DNA from: Mustelus asterias
Taxonomy: Eukaryota
NCBI RefSeq assembly: GCF_964213995.1
Contig: NC_135804.1
Span: forward strand, 58,900,001-58,964,000
Direction: 5' to 3'
DNA length: 64,000 nt
Positions 26,290-39,124 of this stretch are shown piece after piece. The first letter of the stretch is position 1, and every line of letters begins with the position of its first letter. The notes under the pieces are model-generated. The model made no database searches and had not been told where the DNA came from. It saw only the letters and a list, made by a program, of their open reading frames with translations. Both the position numbers and the translations under genes were made by a program.

Positions 26290-28776
26290 AATAGAAACAT
26301 CAAAATATAGAAACTAGAAGCAGGAGTAGGCCATTTGGCCTTTAGAGCCTTTTCTTCCATTCATAATGATCATGGCTGATCATCAAATTCAATTTACTGA
26401 TCCCCCTTGCCCCCATATCCCTTGATCCCTTTAGCCCCAAGAGCTATATCTAATTTCTTCTTGAAGTCAAAGTTTTGGCCTCAACTACTTTCTGTGGTCG
26501 TGAATTCCACACATTCGCCACTCTCTGGGTAAGAATTTTCTCCTCACCCCGTTCTGAAAGGTTTACTCCTCAAACTATGCCTCCTAGTTCTGGGCTCCCC
26601 CATTATTGTGAACTTTCTTTCTGAATCTACCCTGTCAAAGCCTGTTAGAATTTGATAAGTTTCTAGAAGATATCCTTTCACACTTCTAAACTCCAATGAA
26701 TGTAATCCTAACCAACTTAGTTTCTCCTGATACGTTAGACCTGCCATCCCAGGAATCAGCCCAGGTAAACCTTCGTTGTACTCCCTCTATAACAAGGGCA
26801 TCATTCCTCAGATGGGATACCAGAACTGCACACAATACTCCAGGTGTTGCCTCACCAATGTCTTGTACAATTGCAGTTAAACATCCTTATTCCAATACTC
26901 AATCCTCTCGCTATGAAGGCCAACATGCCATTGCCTTCTTTACGGCCTGCTGTACCTGCACACATACTTTCAGTGACTGATGCATGAGAACATCAAAGTC
27001 TCGAGTATCCACTTCACTCAATTTACACCCATTTGACTATTAATCTGTCTTCCTATTATTGCTACCAAAGTGGATAACCTCACATTTATTCACATTATAC
27101 TGCATCTACCATGCAAATACCCATAAACCCAACCTGTCCAAATCATGCCGAAACATCTCTGCATCCTCCTCACAGCTCACCCTCCCACCCAACTTGGTGT
27201 CATCTGCAAATTTGGAGACAGTACATATAGTTTCCTCTTCCAAATCATTAATATATAATATAAACCCTCAAAATGTGGAAGTGAAAATGTTCAGATTGAA
27301 GTTTCATACTTTGAAAGTTAAATTGTGTGAATGTTAAAGTGTTCAAATTAAAGTTTCATGCTTTCTCTGTACAGTAGTGGAAAATGTTTATCAGCTTACT
27401 GACCTTCAAAGGGAGTCAGTCTCTGCTATTTTTTTAAAGGCCCCATAACATTTTCCTTTTTTGGCCCTCATCACAAGGTGAGCAAGACCAGATTTTTTCC
27501 ATAACAAATACCAAAGGTGAGATATGAGGATATGCTATGCAAATGAATGATTAACAGAAGTCAATGTTTTATCAAATGAGAAAGGGCGAAAAGCCAGGAT
27601 TTAATTGGCAAATATGTATGTCAATGAAAGATGTGAAAAATCTCTTGTCCTGATTTGCCGTGATTGACTATAATTGCTGAGCTGTTTCTTTGTAAACTCA
27701 GAACTGCTCTGGCCATTCCATGTTGGGTGGAGGGAGTTCTCCTTGTGCACAAGTAATTAAAGACCTTGCATTGGGTGCATGTGTCCAGCACTGTTTGTGT
27801 AAAGAGCCGATTGAGTACCTTTAGATTGCTGTTACTCAGAGAACTCTGACAAAAGAACTCTAATAGATCCTTTAAGCATGATTTCCCCTGTGTACATCCA
27901 AGCTGACTTAGTCTGATTATACCACTGCCTTCCAAACGCTGAGTTATTAAATCCTTGATGATGGACTCGAGCAATTTCCCCAGTACTAACGTTTGGCTCA
28001 CTGCTCTATAGTTCACTGTTTTCTCTCTACCTTCCTTTTTGAATAGTGGGCTTACATTAGCTACCCTCCAATCTGTAGGAACCAGTGTAGAGTCCAAAGA
28101 ATTTTGGAAAATATCCACCAATGGATCTACTATTTCCATGGATAATTCCTTAAGCACACTGGGATGAAGATCATCAGGCCCTGGAGATTTATCCACCTTC
28201 AATCCCATCAATTTCTCCAAAGCCATTTCTCTACTATTACTGATTTCCTTCAATTCCTCACTGAAACTTGTTTCTGTCAGAACTTCTGGTACATGTTTCA
28301 TGTTTTCCTTTGTGGAGATTGAAGCAAAGTATGTATTTAATTCCTTGACCACTTCTTTGTTCCCCGTTATGAATTCTCCTGTTTCTGCCTGTAAGGGGCC
28401 TACATTCGTTTTTACCAATCTTTTTCTCTCTGCATATCTGTAGAAACTTTTACAGTCAGTTTTTATGTTCCTCACTTGCTTACTTCCATACTCTATTTTC
28501 CCCTTGTTAATCAATCCCTTGGTCCTCTTTTGCTGAATTTTAAACTGCGCCCCATCGACAGGCCTATTGGTTTCTCTTGCCAATTTGTATGCTTCTTTCT
28601 TGAATCTGATACTATCTCTAATTTCCCTTGTAAGCCATGGTTTGGGCACAGTTCCCTTACCACTCTTGCGCCAGATAGGATTAAACAGCTTCTGGGGTTC
28701 ACCTATTCATTTCTTAAATGCCTGCCATTGCCTATCCACTGTCTTTCCTTTCAGTAATGTTTCCCAGTCCATCATG
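26290..28776 (-). mobile_element. Decayed CR1-type LINE with ~600-bp unidentified insert (27260-27850)
   Basis: ORF 27621-28649 KSPGPDDLHP..WRVANVSPLFKK. Confidence 0.8.
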
Positions 28777-29147
28777 GAATGTGACATGAAGGGACAGAGC
28801 ATACCAATATAACAGTGCACCAGCAAATGGGAGCAGAGTAGGAAACATAGTACAAGGACAAAATTTGATTCAATTGTGGTTTCCAAAGGAGAATCGGACA
28901 ATTATCTGGCGAGAGAAAATATAGGGCTACGGGGAAAAGTGCATGAAGTGGGACTAGGAGAGTTGCCCTTGCCAACAGCTGGCATGGACATGACAGGCAA
29001 AATGCCCTTTTTTGTGCTGTAACCATTTTATTATATGACCCTAAGTGAATTTTATCTGAATGCATGCAAGATTCATTTCAAGGTAGATGAAGTGACGGCA
29101 CAAGTAGAAACAAATTGATATTACATGGTTGTCTTTACAGAAACATA

Positions 29148-30261
29148 GGCTGCGGTTCTCCCATTGCGGCCCGCAACTTTTCTATTGGGTCGCAGTGAGA
29201 GATGCTTGTCATCGTCAATGAACAGGGATTTGCGCATGCTCCAGGAACGCATGCACATCTCCCAGAGCCGGCGAACAGTCGCTGATCAGACCATGCTGGA
29301 AACCGGAGGGAAGGCAGGTAAGTAATTTAAATCTTTTAAAATTATGTTTCAGATATGTTTATTAGTTCATTATCAGGACCTTTCAGGTCCCGATTGAATC
29401 TCCCATCCCGCCAGGAATACTTCATTCCGGGAGGGTTCAGACCAGCTCCCACGTTCGGGGAACTAGCGGGAGACCCTGCCGGAATGAATGGGGGGCAACT
29501 GGGACCCCCCAGAGGGTTGGACAGCAGGGGGTTGGTGCCCCCTGGGCATGGGCACACTGGCAGTGCCAGCATGTGCCCCTGGCACTGCCCAAGGGGCAAA
29601 GTACCCATGCCCAGGGGGCACTTTGGCACTGCCAATTGGGCATTGGGCAGTGCCAAGGGGGAGGGGCCTATTGTGGGCAGGGCCCAGGGGTGATCAGTGG
29701 GGGTAGGTGTCCCGCTGCCACTCTGCAGATAGGATCCGTCTGGGATGGAGGGAGGACAGCGATTGGGGTGGGCTGGGGGGTGGTCTGCTCGGGGGGCCTG
29801 CCTCCAGTGGGGTCTGACCCGGGGAGGGTCAGCGGGGGGGTGGGGTCTGCCAAGGTGAGGGGGCTGAGGGGATCACCACTGTTTGGGAGGGGGGTGGTCT
29901 GTGCATTGGGGCACTCCAGGATGGGGGGGTCAGGGCAGGCTCGGGAATTTTTGTGGGGGCCATGATCGGGCTGTGGGGGGCAGGAGGGGCAGCACTGTGG
30001 GGGTCCTGGGCTGGCCAGCGATCGGGCTGTCCAGCAAATGGGGAGTCTGACAGATCGGGACAACTGCGCATGCGCAGAGTTCCAGAACGGTCAAACTTTG
30101 GCACGAGTAGGCCCCGCCCCCCCGGGTTTTTAATGAGATTCGTGACTGGAACTTCTGCAGTGCACAGAGTGTGGAGATTCGGGTGAGAAGCTGAACTGAC
30201 AAAACAGTCGGGATTTAGAACAGTTTTTCCACCAATTCAGCACTTTTGGGAGAATCGCCCC
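29148..30261. mobile_element. GC-rich non-autonomous TIR element (MITE-like)
   Basis: Imperfect TIR GGGC..GGTTCTCCCA / TGGGAGAATCGCCCC, apparent CAT duplication, interrupts a LINE. Confidence 0.65.
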
Positions 30262-31166
30262 CATAGTTGCAAGTTGACCCAGGCCAGGAACATTCAGGAG
30301 ATTTTATATTGTGACAGAAAAGGAAGATAGGAAAAGGAAGTGGGGTGATGCTACTAATAAACAGTGGGATCAGTACAGTTGTGAGAAATCATTAGTTAAA
30401 TTTTGTGAGAAATCATGTTGTCTCAGAAGATGAAGATATAGAACCAGTCTGGATGGAGCTAAGAAATAGCAATCTGTCACTGGTGTGAATAGATTATAGG
30501 CCTCTTGACAGTAGCTACACTGTAGGACAGAGTATAGATCAACAAATAATTGAGGTTTGCAAGAAAGCTACTGCAATGATCATGGGTGATCTTAATCATC
30601 TTACAGTTTGGGCAAATTTTATTGACAATTGTAGTTTTATGGTCAAGTTCATAAAGTGCATTTGTGATTGTTTCTAAGAACAATACATTGTTGGACCAAT
30701 CAGGGAACACACTATTTTAAAGCTGGTAATATGTGATGAGATGGAATTTATTGATGGCCTCAATGGTAAATATTTTCTAGGAAAGAGTTATCCTAACATG
30801 TAGAATTTCAAATTTGACTTTAGATTCTGAAAATTTGGTCTGAAGCTAAACTTAAATAAAAACAATTATATAGGTATGAAGATGAAGTCACGAGGGAACT
30901 ATTTTAAAAGTTAAGCTGGTGGGCAAGCAAAGCAGACATTTAAGTAGATATTTCATAATTCTCACCAAATATATATATTCCTTTGCGGAATGATGAGTCT
31001 CAGAGAAGTGTAACCATTCCCTGTGCAACAAACGAAGTTAATGGTGGTATTAAATTGAAGTAAAAAGCATACCATTCTGCAAGAATTAGTGGTGGTATTT
31101 GTGAAAATTGTAGAGAACAGCAATGGATAAATTAAAAAGGAGAAATTAAAATATGATGGTAAACGG

Positions 31167-31508
31167 GTACGGTAGCACAGTGGTTAGCACTGCTGCTTCA
31201 CAGCTCCAGGGACCTGGGTTCGATTCCCGGCTTGGGTCACTGTCTGTGTGGAGTTTGCACATTCTCCTCGTGTCTGCGTGGGTTTCCTCTGGGTGCTCTG
31301 GTTTCCTCCCACATTCCAAAGATGTGCGGGTTAGGTTGATTGGCCATGCTTAAATTGCCCCTTAGTGTCCTGAGATGTGTAGGTTAGAGGGATTAGTGGG
31401 TAAAATATGTAGGGATTTGGGGGTAGGGCCTGGGTGGGATTGTGGTCGGTGCAGACTCGATGGGCCAAATGGCCTCTTTCTGTACTGTAGGGTTTCTATG
31501 ATTTCTAT
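31167..31508 (+). mobile_element. HE1-type V-SINE (young)
   Basis: Highly similar to 1318-1660 and 62095-62433. Confidence 0.9.
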
Positions 31509-31555
31509 AAGAATAGGCAGTAAGAGATTCTACATGAAAGGGAAAAGAGTAGCGA

Positions 31556-32059
31556 TGTTGAAGTGGAACTTTCCTGCTTCTTGACTGTGATAGAACGACT
31601 CAACAAAATTTGTTTTGACTAAATAACTTTGCCTTTATTTACGAAAGACTGCATGCAGTTTTGGCTGAAAACTTGAGTTCAGAGAGCAGTTGATACAACT
31701 TGCTAATTCCTCCTCAAGTCCGCAATTACACAAAGAATCAGTTCAGGATTTATACATAATCATTATCAGTTTGCGTGACCAGAGCATATTCAGGAATTTG
31801 ATCAGTAATAGAATCATAAGCAATATCATTAATCATGGAACAACTTGCTGACCTCCTAGAACTCTTTGTCTCATCATTCATACCCTTATCTTGTCTTTTG
31901 GTGTAACGGAGAAGGTCGGCGACTCCATCATCCCTGACCTTATCTTGTTTTATTCACTCATACAGTCTTAAAGTTATGCGGAGTCAGCCTTGCTTATATT
32001 GTACCAAATAGCTGACCAATTTTCCCATCATGCTATTCCTTAGTTCGTACAACTTCACA
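31556..32059 (-). mobile_element. Probable solo LTR
   Basis: TGTTGAAGT...ACTTCACA termini, flanks GCGA/GCTA, minus-strand TATAAA (31749-31754) and AATAAA (31634-31639); cleanly interrupts a LINE. Confidence 0.6.
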
Positions 32060-32171
32060 GCTAAAGTAAATTTTGGTCCCTTACAGGATAACACGGCAGA
32101 AGTAATAATTGGAAACAAGGAAATGGCAGTAACTTTAAACAAGTACCTTGTATCTGTCTTCATAGTAGATG

Positions 32172-32392
32172 TGATGTGGAGATGCCGGCGTTGGACTGGG
32201 GTAAACACAGTAAGAAGTTTAACAACACCAGGTTAAAGTCCAACAGGTTTATTTGGTAGCAAAAGCCACACAAGCTTTCGAGGCTCTGAGCCCCTTCTTC
32301 AGGAAGAAGGGGCTCAGAGCCTCGAAAGCTTGTGTGGCTTTTGCTACCAAATAAACCTGTTGGACTTTAACCTGGTGTTGTTAAACTTCTTA
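32172..32392. mobile_element. Palindromic mini-Penelope insertion (perfect 92-bp arms)
   Basis: 32209-32300 is the exact reverse complement of 32303-32394; duplication CTTCATAGTAGATG (32158-32171, 32393-32406). Confidence 0.85.
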
Positions 32393-32644
32393 CTTCATAG
32401 TAGATGACATGAAAAACCTCCAAAGAATAGATAAAAATCAAGAGGCAGAAAGGAGGGAGAAAATCAATGCAATCATTATCATTAGAGAAAAAGCACGAGG
32501 TAAACTAATGAGAATAAATGTTGCCAAGACTCTATCTCATTGCTTGCATTGCTAGTGTTCTAAATGGAGAACTGTAGTCAATAGCTGAAACATTATTTAG
32601 AACCTTCCAAAATTCATTAGATTCTACAGAGGCCCAAATGGATG

Positions 32645-32955
32645 GGGCAGCACGGTAGCACAGTGGTTAGCATTGCTGCCTCACAGCACCAGGGACCCAG
32701 GTTCAATTCTGGCCTCGGGTGACTCTGTGTGGAGTTAGCGCATTCTCCCTATGTCTGTGTGGGTTTCCTCTGGGTGCCCCGGTTTCTTCCTACAGTCCAA
32801 ATATGGGCCGCTTAGTTTGATCAGCCATGCTAAATTGACCCTTATTGACAGGGTAAATAAATGAGGTTATGGGGATAGGGCATGGGTGAGATTGTTGTAA
32901 GTGCAGGCATAATGGGTTGAAAGGCTTCCTTCTGAACTGTGGGGATTCTATGATA
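32645..32955 (+). mobile_element. HE1-type V-SINE
   Basis: Full head-core-tail. Confidence 0.8.
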
Positions 32956-35800
32956 TTCAAGAAAGGAGGGAGGTGGAGAGCAGAAAAACATGAACCAATT
33001 GGCTGAGCACTTGCCATTGGAATAATGCTGGAATGCATCAATAAAGAAGTAGTAGCAGAGCATTCATAAACTCATGGTACAACCAAGCAGAGACAACATT
33101 ATTTTATAAAAGAAAATAACGTTTGACAAACTTTGAGGTGCAACAAGTAGGTCGGATAAATGGGAACTAATTGATGGAGTGTATTTGGAATTCCAAAAGG
33201 GATTTGATAAGTTGACACATCAAAAATTACTGTACAAGATGAGAGCTCAAAGTCTTGACGTTAATTCATTAACATGGATAGAGGATTGACTAACTAACAG
33301 GAAACAGAAAGTATGAATAAATCAGAAATATTCAGGCTGGAAATGAACTAACTGAATGCCAAAAGGATTGTTGCTGGGGCCTCAAATATTTGCTCTCTGT
33401 ATTAACTAAATGGATGAAAGACAGAATATATTGCCGCTAATTTTGCTGATAACATAAAGATAGATAGGAAAACAATTGTGAAGAGGACATGAAAAGAGTC
33501 TGCAAAATTGTACAGATAGTTCAGATGAGTGGGCTAAAATTTGGAAGATATAATATAATGTGAGAAAATATGAGGCTATCCACTTCGGTGGAAAGAATAG
33601 AAAAACAGGATATTATTTACATGGACAGAAATTACAGAGCACAGAGGGATCTGGGTAATATTATATGTGAATTACAAAGTGTTAATATGCAGTTAGACCA
33701 AGTGCTTAGGAATGCTTGGAATATTGCCCTTTATTGCAAGGGGTGGAGTAATAAGCAGGGGTGTCTACAACTGCAATGACATTGGCGAGATAACACTAGA
33801 AGACACCATATAGTTTTGGCCTCCTTATTTAAGGAGGGATATACTTGCATTGGGCAGGTTGGAGAAGGTACACTAGATTGATTCCAGGGGTGAAAGGTTC
33901 GACTTAGAAAGTTCGAGCCAGTTAAAGTGATTAATTAAAAACATGCAGTCTCGTTTCTTTAGGCATTGAATTAATGATTGTTTAAGTTATATTTTAAATT
34001 GTTTTTGTGTCTAATTTCTATTTCCCTTTCTAATTTGCCAATTCTAATTCTCCATCTTTTTCAGTCCTTCATCTATTTCTCAATCCCTAAATGTCATTGG
34101 TTCACATACACTTTGCCCTGTTATGAACCAAAGCCTCAGAAGCCCTGTTGCCCTTGTTCTGTTTTCAGTTCATATCTATAGCAATATACAAGGCAAAGCT
34201 ATTCAGCCATTACCAATTACCATGTCAATAAAAGTGTGCTTGCACTATGAACAATTATGAGGCCCAACTTGCTGTTGTGAGTTTAATGAGCAATCAATCT
34301 GCAAATGCAACAGTTTCACCAAGGAAAAGGACTGAAACTAGTGATTGATTGGTGCAAAACCTCCATCAAAGAATCCCTATCCCAAGTACATTTTGTTTAA
34401 TGATTTTGTTGCTGGGCCTTGCAATTTATTTCTGGTCAAGAACTTTAATACCAACTCTATAAGGAAGGTGTAACTGACTCTGGGGGTATTCCAGTTCAGG
34501 TCAGGTTTGCTGCTTTGCATACAATGACTAACCTCAAGTCCAAAATGCATTGCAGTTTTAAACAACGTCATCCTTTAATGCATTTGTGTTCAAATGCATG
34601 GTTCACACTTTAATGAAAAATCATATTTATTTAATGTTCTGAGTAATGTTCTCATTTTTCAATGTATCTAGGGCTTCCTAGTTCTTCTTAAAACCTGAGT
34701 TTCAATTTTGTTTATAACTGAACATTATTGACATCTCTGACACAACATTATGTTGGCCATGTAGGTCCAGGTTCCCTGAAAATCTTCAAACTGACATCAA
34801 TCAGCCACAGCCAATAATCAATTCTTAAACAAAATCCATTGGCATTTTATAGCACCTGCCCTGACTTGACTGGTGCCCAGTTAAACTCCACACCATCATA
34901 TAAAGACAAAAAGTGTATTTTCTTTAAATAAGTGTTTCTTCTTGTTCGTGTATAATTGTTTGCTTTTTCTGCTTTATTATGTGAAGAAAAGCACCATTAT
35001 TTTCAAAGGTTTTGATTGAAATTTGTGCATTTCATTGTATTTTGCCCTGTTTATTTTGAGTTCCAAGTTGTTATTGGTTGTAGCTCTAAAAACCTAGTTT
35101 TATGGATAATTAACTGCCGGATTTTGCTGCTTTGATTTGTGTGATGGAAACATGAAACATATCTTTCTCTTGTCTTTGGAACAGGAATTTTCAAGGCCAA
35201 CTCCAGTCTCGTATACTTTTGACATGGTTTACGATCAGCTCTCAACATTGACCCTTGGCTATTTGTTCACATGCTAACTCTTTCCTGCTTACACAAAACA
35301 CGAATGCTTTCTTTGCTTCATACCATGTCATTGAGGCATGCAAATTATCTGGCTGTTGCTTACATACTGCTGGTTTATGGGCCTGTCCAATTTGCTGCCA
35401 TGTCTGCTGAGTTTAATTTAAATTGTGTGGGAGCAATTTTAATCTGCAGAGAATTGAAATGTTCAGAATTAGTGAGTACTACAGTAAATGTCAAATTGTA
35501 GGCAATCATAAGGCTTTAGGCAGATCTTCAATTCCTGTTGATATGTATTCATAAAACCATTCATAAAAAATTGTTAAAGATAAAAAGTAAAAGAAAACTC
35601 ATGTGAGTGCCACTGGCAAGGTGACATGTCTGGTTGCCCTTGAGAACTGCTGCAATCCATGTGGTGTAGTTGCACCCACAGTGCTGTTAGGAAGAGAGCA
35701 CCAAGATTTTAATCCAGCTGAAGTGAGGGATTGGTGATTTAGTTCCAGATCAGGATGCCGCATGTCTTGGAGGGAGACCTGCAGCTGGTAATGTTACCAT

Positions 35801-36674
35801 GGAGGCGACCTTACCAAAAATATTTTTAGTGCCAAATGAGCAAGAAAATGGCAGACTTTCAGATGGGTTTTTTGGGAGAGTTTAAAAATGCAACTTTACA
35901 TCACTTTGTGCAAAGAAAATGCACAATCTGTTTCTTGCCAGTAGGGGAGGGGTCAGGTTCTAGGCTCACTTGAAAGCCATCTGCTTCCACCAGATGGCGC
36001 AATTGTGCATGGACAGATCTCTCGGTTCTGTGGAACAGAGAGAGATCTGTCATGCAACCCCCCCTCCAGATATTGCTGGCCTCCCTAGCCAGTTGGCAAC
36101 ACCCATTGCCCAAATGATGCTGACCAAAACACCACCTCCCCCCCCACTACCCTCCCTGCCCAGCTGATTGCCTCCTGAGACCTTGGTCCTGGTCTGGCTG
36201 AATGCCGTTGCAGAGTGAGCAGCTTCCTCCCCAGCCGCTTTCTCTTGCAGAGTGCACAGCTTCCCCTCCCAGCCAATCCCCATTGCAGAGTGTACAGCTT
36301 CCCTCCCCCACCTCCCCTTCGGCCCTGGCCCCATCATGGCCCTGTTTCTACTCTACGCCCCACCCCCTCAGGCCCCGCCTCCTTGGCATTGACGCCCCCC
36401 CCCGCCCATGACCTCCCAGGGGGCCTCAATAGCTTTTGGTCCTACCAGTGAGGCCATCATGTCAAGTCCTTGTTGATGCTATTTAAAATAGATTTAAATA
36501 TTGAAATTAGCCCATGCCCCTTTCAGGTGCAAGACTGATCATGCTGGGCATCCGGGCCTGGTAAGATCGTGAATGGTGGGAAATCGTGAGTGAACCCAAT
36601 CTTTCATCTCTTGCACAATCTTACCAGCTCATCCTACTCCATGATCAGCATGACGAGAAGGTAAGTTTGTTCCC
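35801..36674. mobile_element. GC-rich MITE-like element
   Basis: CAT|GGAGGCGACCTTACC ... GGTAAGTTTGTTCCC|CAT; interrupts an L2-like relic. Confidence 0.6.
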
Positions 36675-37039
36675 CATGTGTTTGCTGTCCTTACCCTTCT
36701 AGTGATTGAAATTTGTTGAAGGAGTCTTGCTGCATCTGGTATATGGTACACACTGATGACACTGTACATTGGTAGTGGAGAGAATGAAATCTAAGATGGC
36801 GGTGGATAGGGAATTGATGAAGTGTGATGTTTTGTCCTGGATTGTGTGGACCCCTTGAGAGTTGCTGGAGCAACATTCGTCCAGGTTAGTCCATCTCACT
36901 CCTGAGTTGTGATTAGATGATGGCAGGGAAGTTTTGATGAGCCTGAAGGTGAGTTGCTCATTGCAAAATTCCCAGCTTCTATCCTGTTCTTGTAACCACA
37001 GTATTATATGACTCGTCCAATTAAGTTTCTGGTCAATGA

Positions 37040-38204
37040 TAACCATAGAACCATAGAACATTACAGCACAGAAACATGCCTTTTGGTCCTTTTTGCCTGT
37101 GCCGAACCATTTTTTGCCTAGTCCCACTGACCTGCACCTGGACCATTTCCCTCCACATTCCTCTCATCCATGTACCCGTCCAAGATTTTCTTAAATATTA
37201 AAAGTGAGCCCGCATTCACCACCTCATCTGGCAGCTCATTCCAAACTCCCACCGCTCTCTGTGTGAAGAAGCCCCCCCTCATATTCCCTCTAAACTTTTC
37301 CCTCCTCACCCTTAACCCATGTCCTCTAGTTATTTTCTCCCCTAGCCTCAGTGGAAAAAGCCTGCTTGCATTCACTCTATCTATACCCGTCATAATTTTA
37401 TACACCTCTATCAAATCTCCCCTCATTCTTCTACGCTCCAGGGAATAAAGTCCTAACCTATTCAACCTTTCTCTGTAACTCAGTTTCTCAAGTCCCGGCA
37501 ACATCCTTGTAAACCTTCTCTGCACTCTTTCAACCTTATTAATATCCTTCCTGTAATTAGGTGACCAAAACTGCATACAATACTCTAAATTCGGCCTCAC
37601 CAATGTCTTATACAACCTCACCATAACATTCCAACTCCTATACTCAATACTTTGATTTATAAAGGCCAATGTACCAAAAGCACTCGTTTCCACCCTATCT
37701 ACCTGTGACGCCACTTTTAGGGAATTATGTATCTGTATTCCCAGATCCCTCTGTTCTACTGCACTCTTCAGTGTCCTACCATTTACCTTGGCTTGTCTTT
37801 CCAAAGTGCAATTCCTCACACTTGTCTGCATTAAACTCCATCTGCCATTTTTCAGCCCATTTTTCTAGCTAGTCCAAATCCCTCTGCAAGCTTTGAAAAC
37901 CTTCCTCACTGTCCACTACACCTCCAATCTTTGTATCATCAGCAAACTTGCTGATCCAATTTACCACATTATCATCCAGATCATTGATAGAGATGACAAA
38001 CAACAATGGACCCAGCACTGATCCCTGTGGCACACCACTAGTCGCAGGCCTCCACTCAGAGAAGCAATCCTCCACTACCACTCTCTGGCTTCTTCCATTG
38101 AGCCAATGTCTAATCCAATTTACTACCTCTCCATGTATACCTAGCGACTGAACCTTCCTGACTAACCTCCCATGCCGGACCTTGTCAAAGGCCTTACTGA
38201 AGTC
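37040..38204 (-). mobile_element. CR1-type LINE 3' part
   Basis: ORFs 37118-37831 and 37869-38309 with PQGSVLGP and FADD. Confidence 0.88.
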
Positions 38205-39124
38205 CCAGTAACTGATCCCCCAGGTAAGGCCTCTAAATGTCAAGGAGAGGTGGTTTGTTCTCCCTTGTTTGGGATGTTCATTTTCTGTGATATGAATGTT
38301 ACTTGCCACATATCAACGCAAACCTAAATATTTTCCAGGTCTTGCTGCATATGGACACAGACAATGACAATATTTGAGGAGTTGTGAGTAGTATTGAACT
38401 TTGTCCAATCATCACTAAATGTCCCCATTTCTGAATTATGATGGATGGATGGTCATTGATGAAGCATCTGAAGATGTTTGTATCTAATTTCCCTGAGGAA
38501 CTCCAACAATGATGTCCTAGGCTGAGATGATACCTTTGTGATAGATATGACTTTAACCAGTGGAGAATTTTTCCCATGATTTCCATTGACTTCAATTTTG
38601 TAATGGCTCATTGATCCCACAATCAGTCATGTTACCTTGATGCCAGCATCATTCTCATCTCACTTCTTGAGCTCAGCTCTTCTGTCCATGTTTGGACTAA
38701 AGCTGTCATGAAGTCAGGAGATGAGTTGCCCTGGCAGAATCCAAACTGAGTATCAGTTATTGCTATGTTAGTGCCCCTAATAGCACTGTCTATGACACCA
38801 TCCATCATTTATGGATGATTGAAAACAATTTGATGATGTGGTAATTGGCTGCATTGGATTTTTTCAGCCATTTGTGGACAATTCATATGAGGGCAATTTT
38901 CTGCGTAAGTAGACTAAATCTAGCAAGGCTAGTCTGGCCTTTAAAGGTAATGAACCAAGTGCAAATCCAGATATCTGCTCCTATATCTTATGGTGTTACA
39001 GTCTGATGGTCAGATGCTTTTGTGTCTCTAGTTGGTGGAGGGCCCATGGTTCAGCATATATTTATGCCACATAATCTCAAATACATGGAGAATGAGTTGA
39101 ATTCTTTCTTAGTTAGAGACGTAT

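Larger units (their letters stand above)
29040..33900 (+). mobile_element. Old CR1-type LINE ORF2 relic broken by five later insertions
   Basis: Endonuclease (YLNACKI, VFTET) and RT remnants resume after each insert. Confidence 0.7.

Noticed and set aside
29342-30202. Many overlapping Pro/Gly-rich ORFs (also 35901-36451, 39321-39994, 45030-46493)
   Set aside because: Artefacts of GC-rich MITE-like sequence with no domain motifs.
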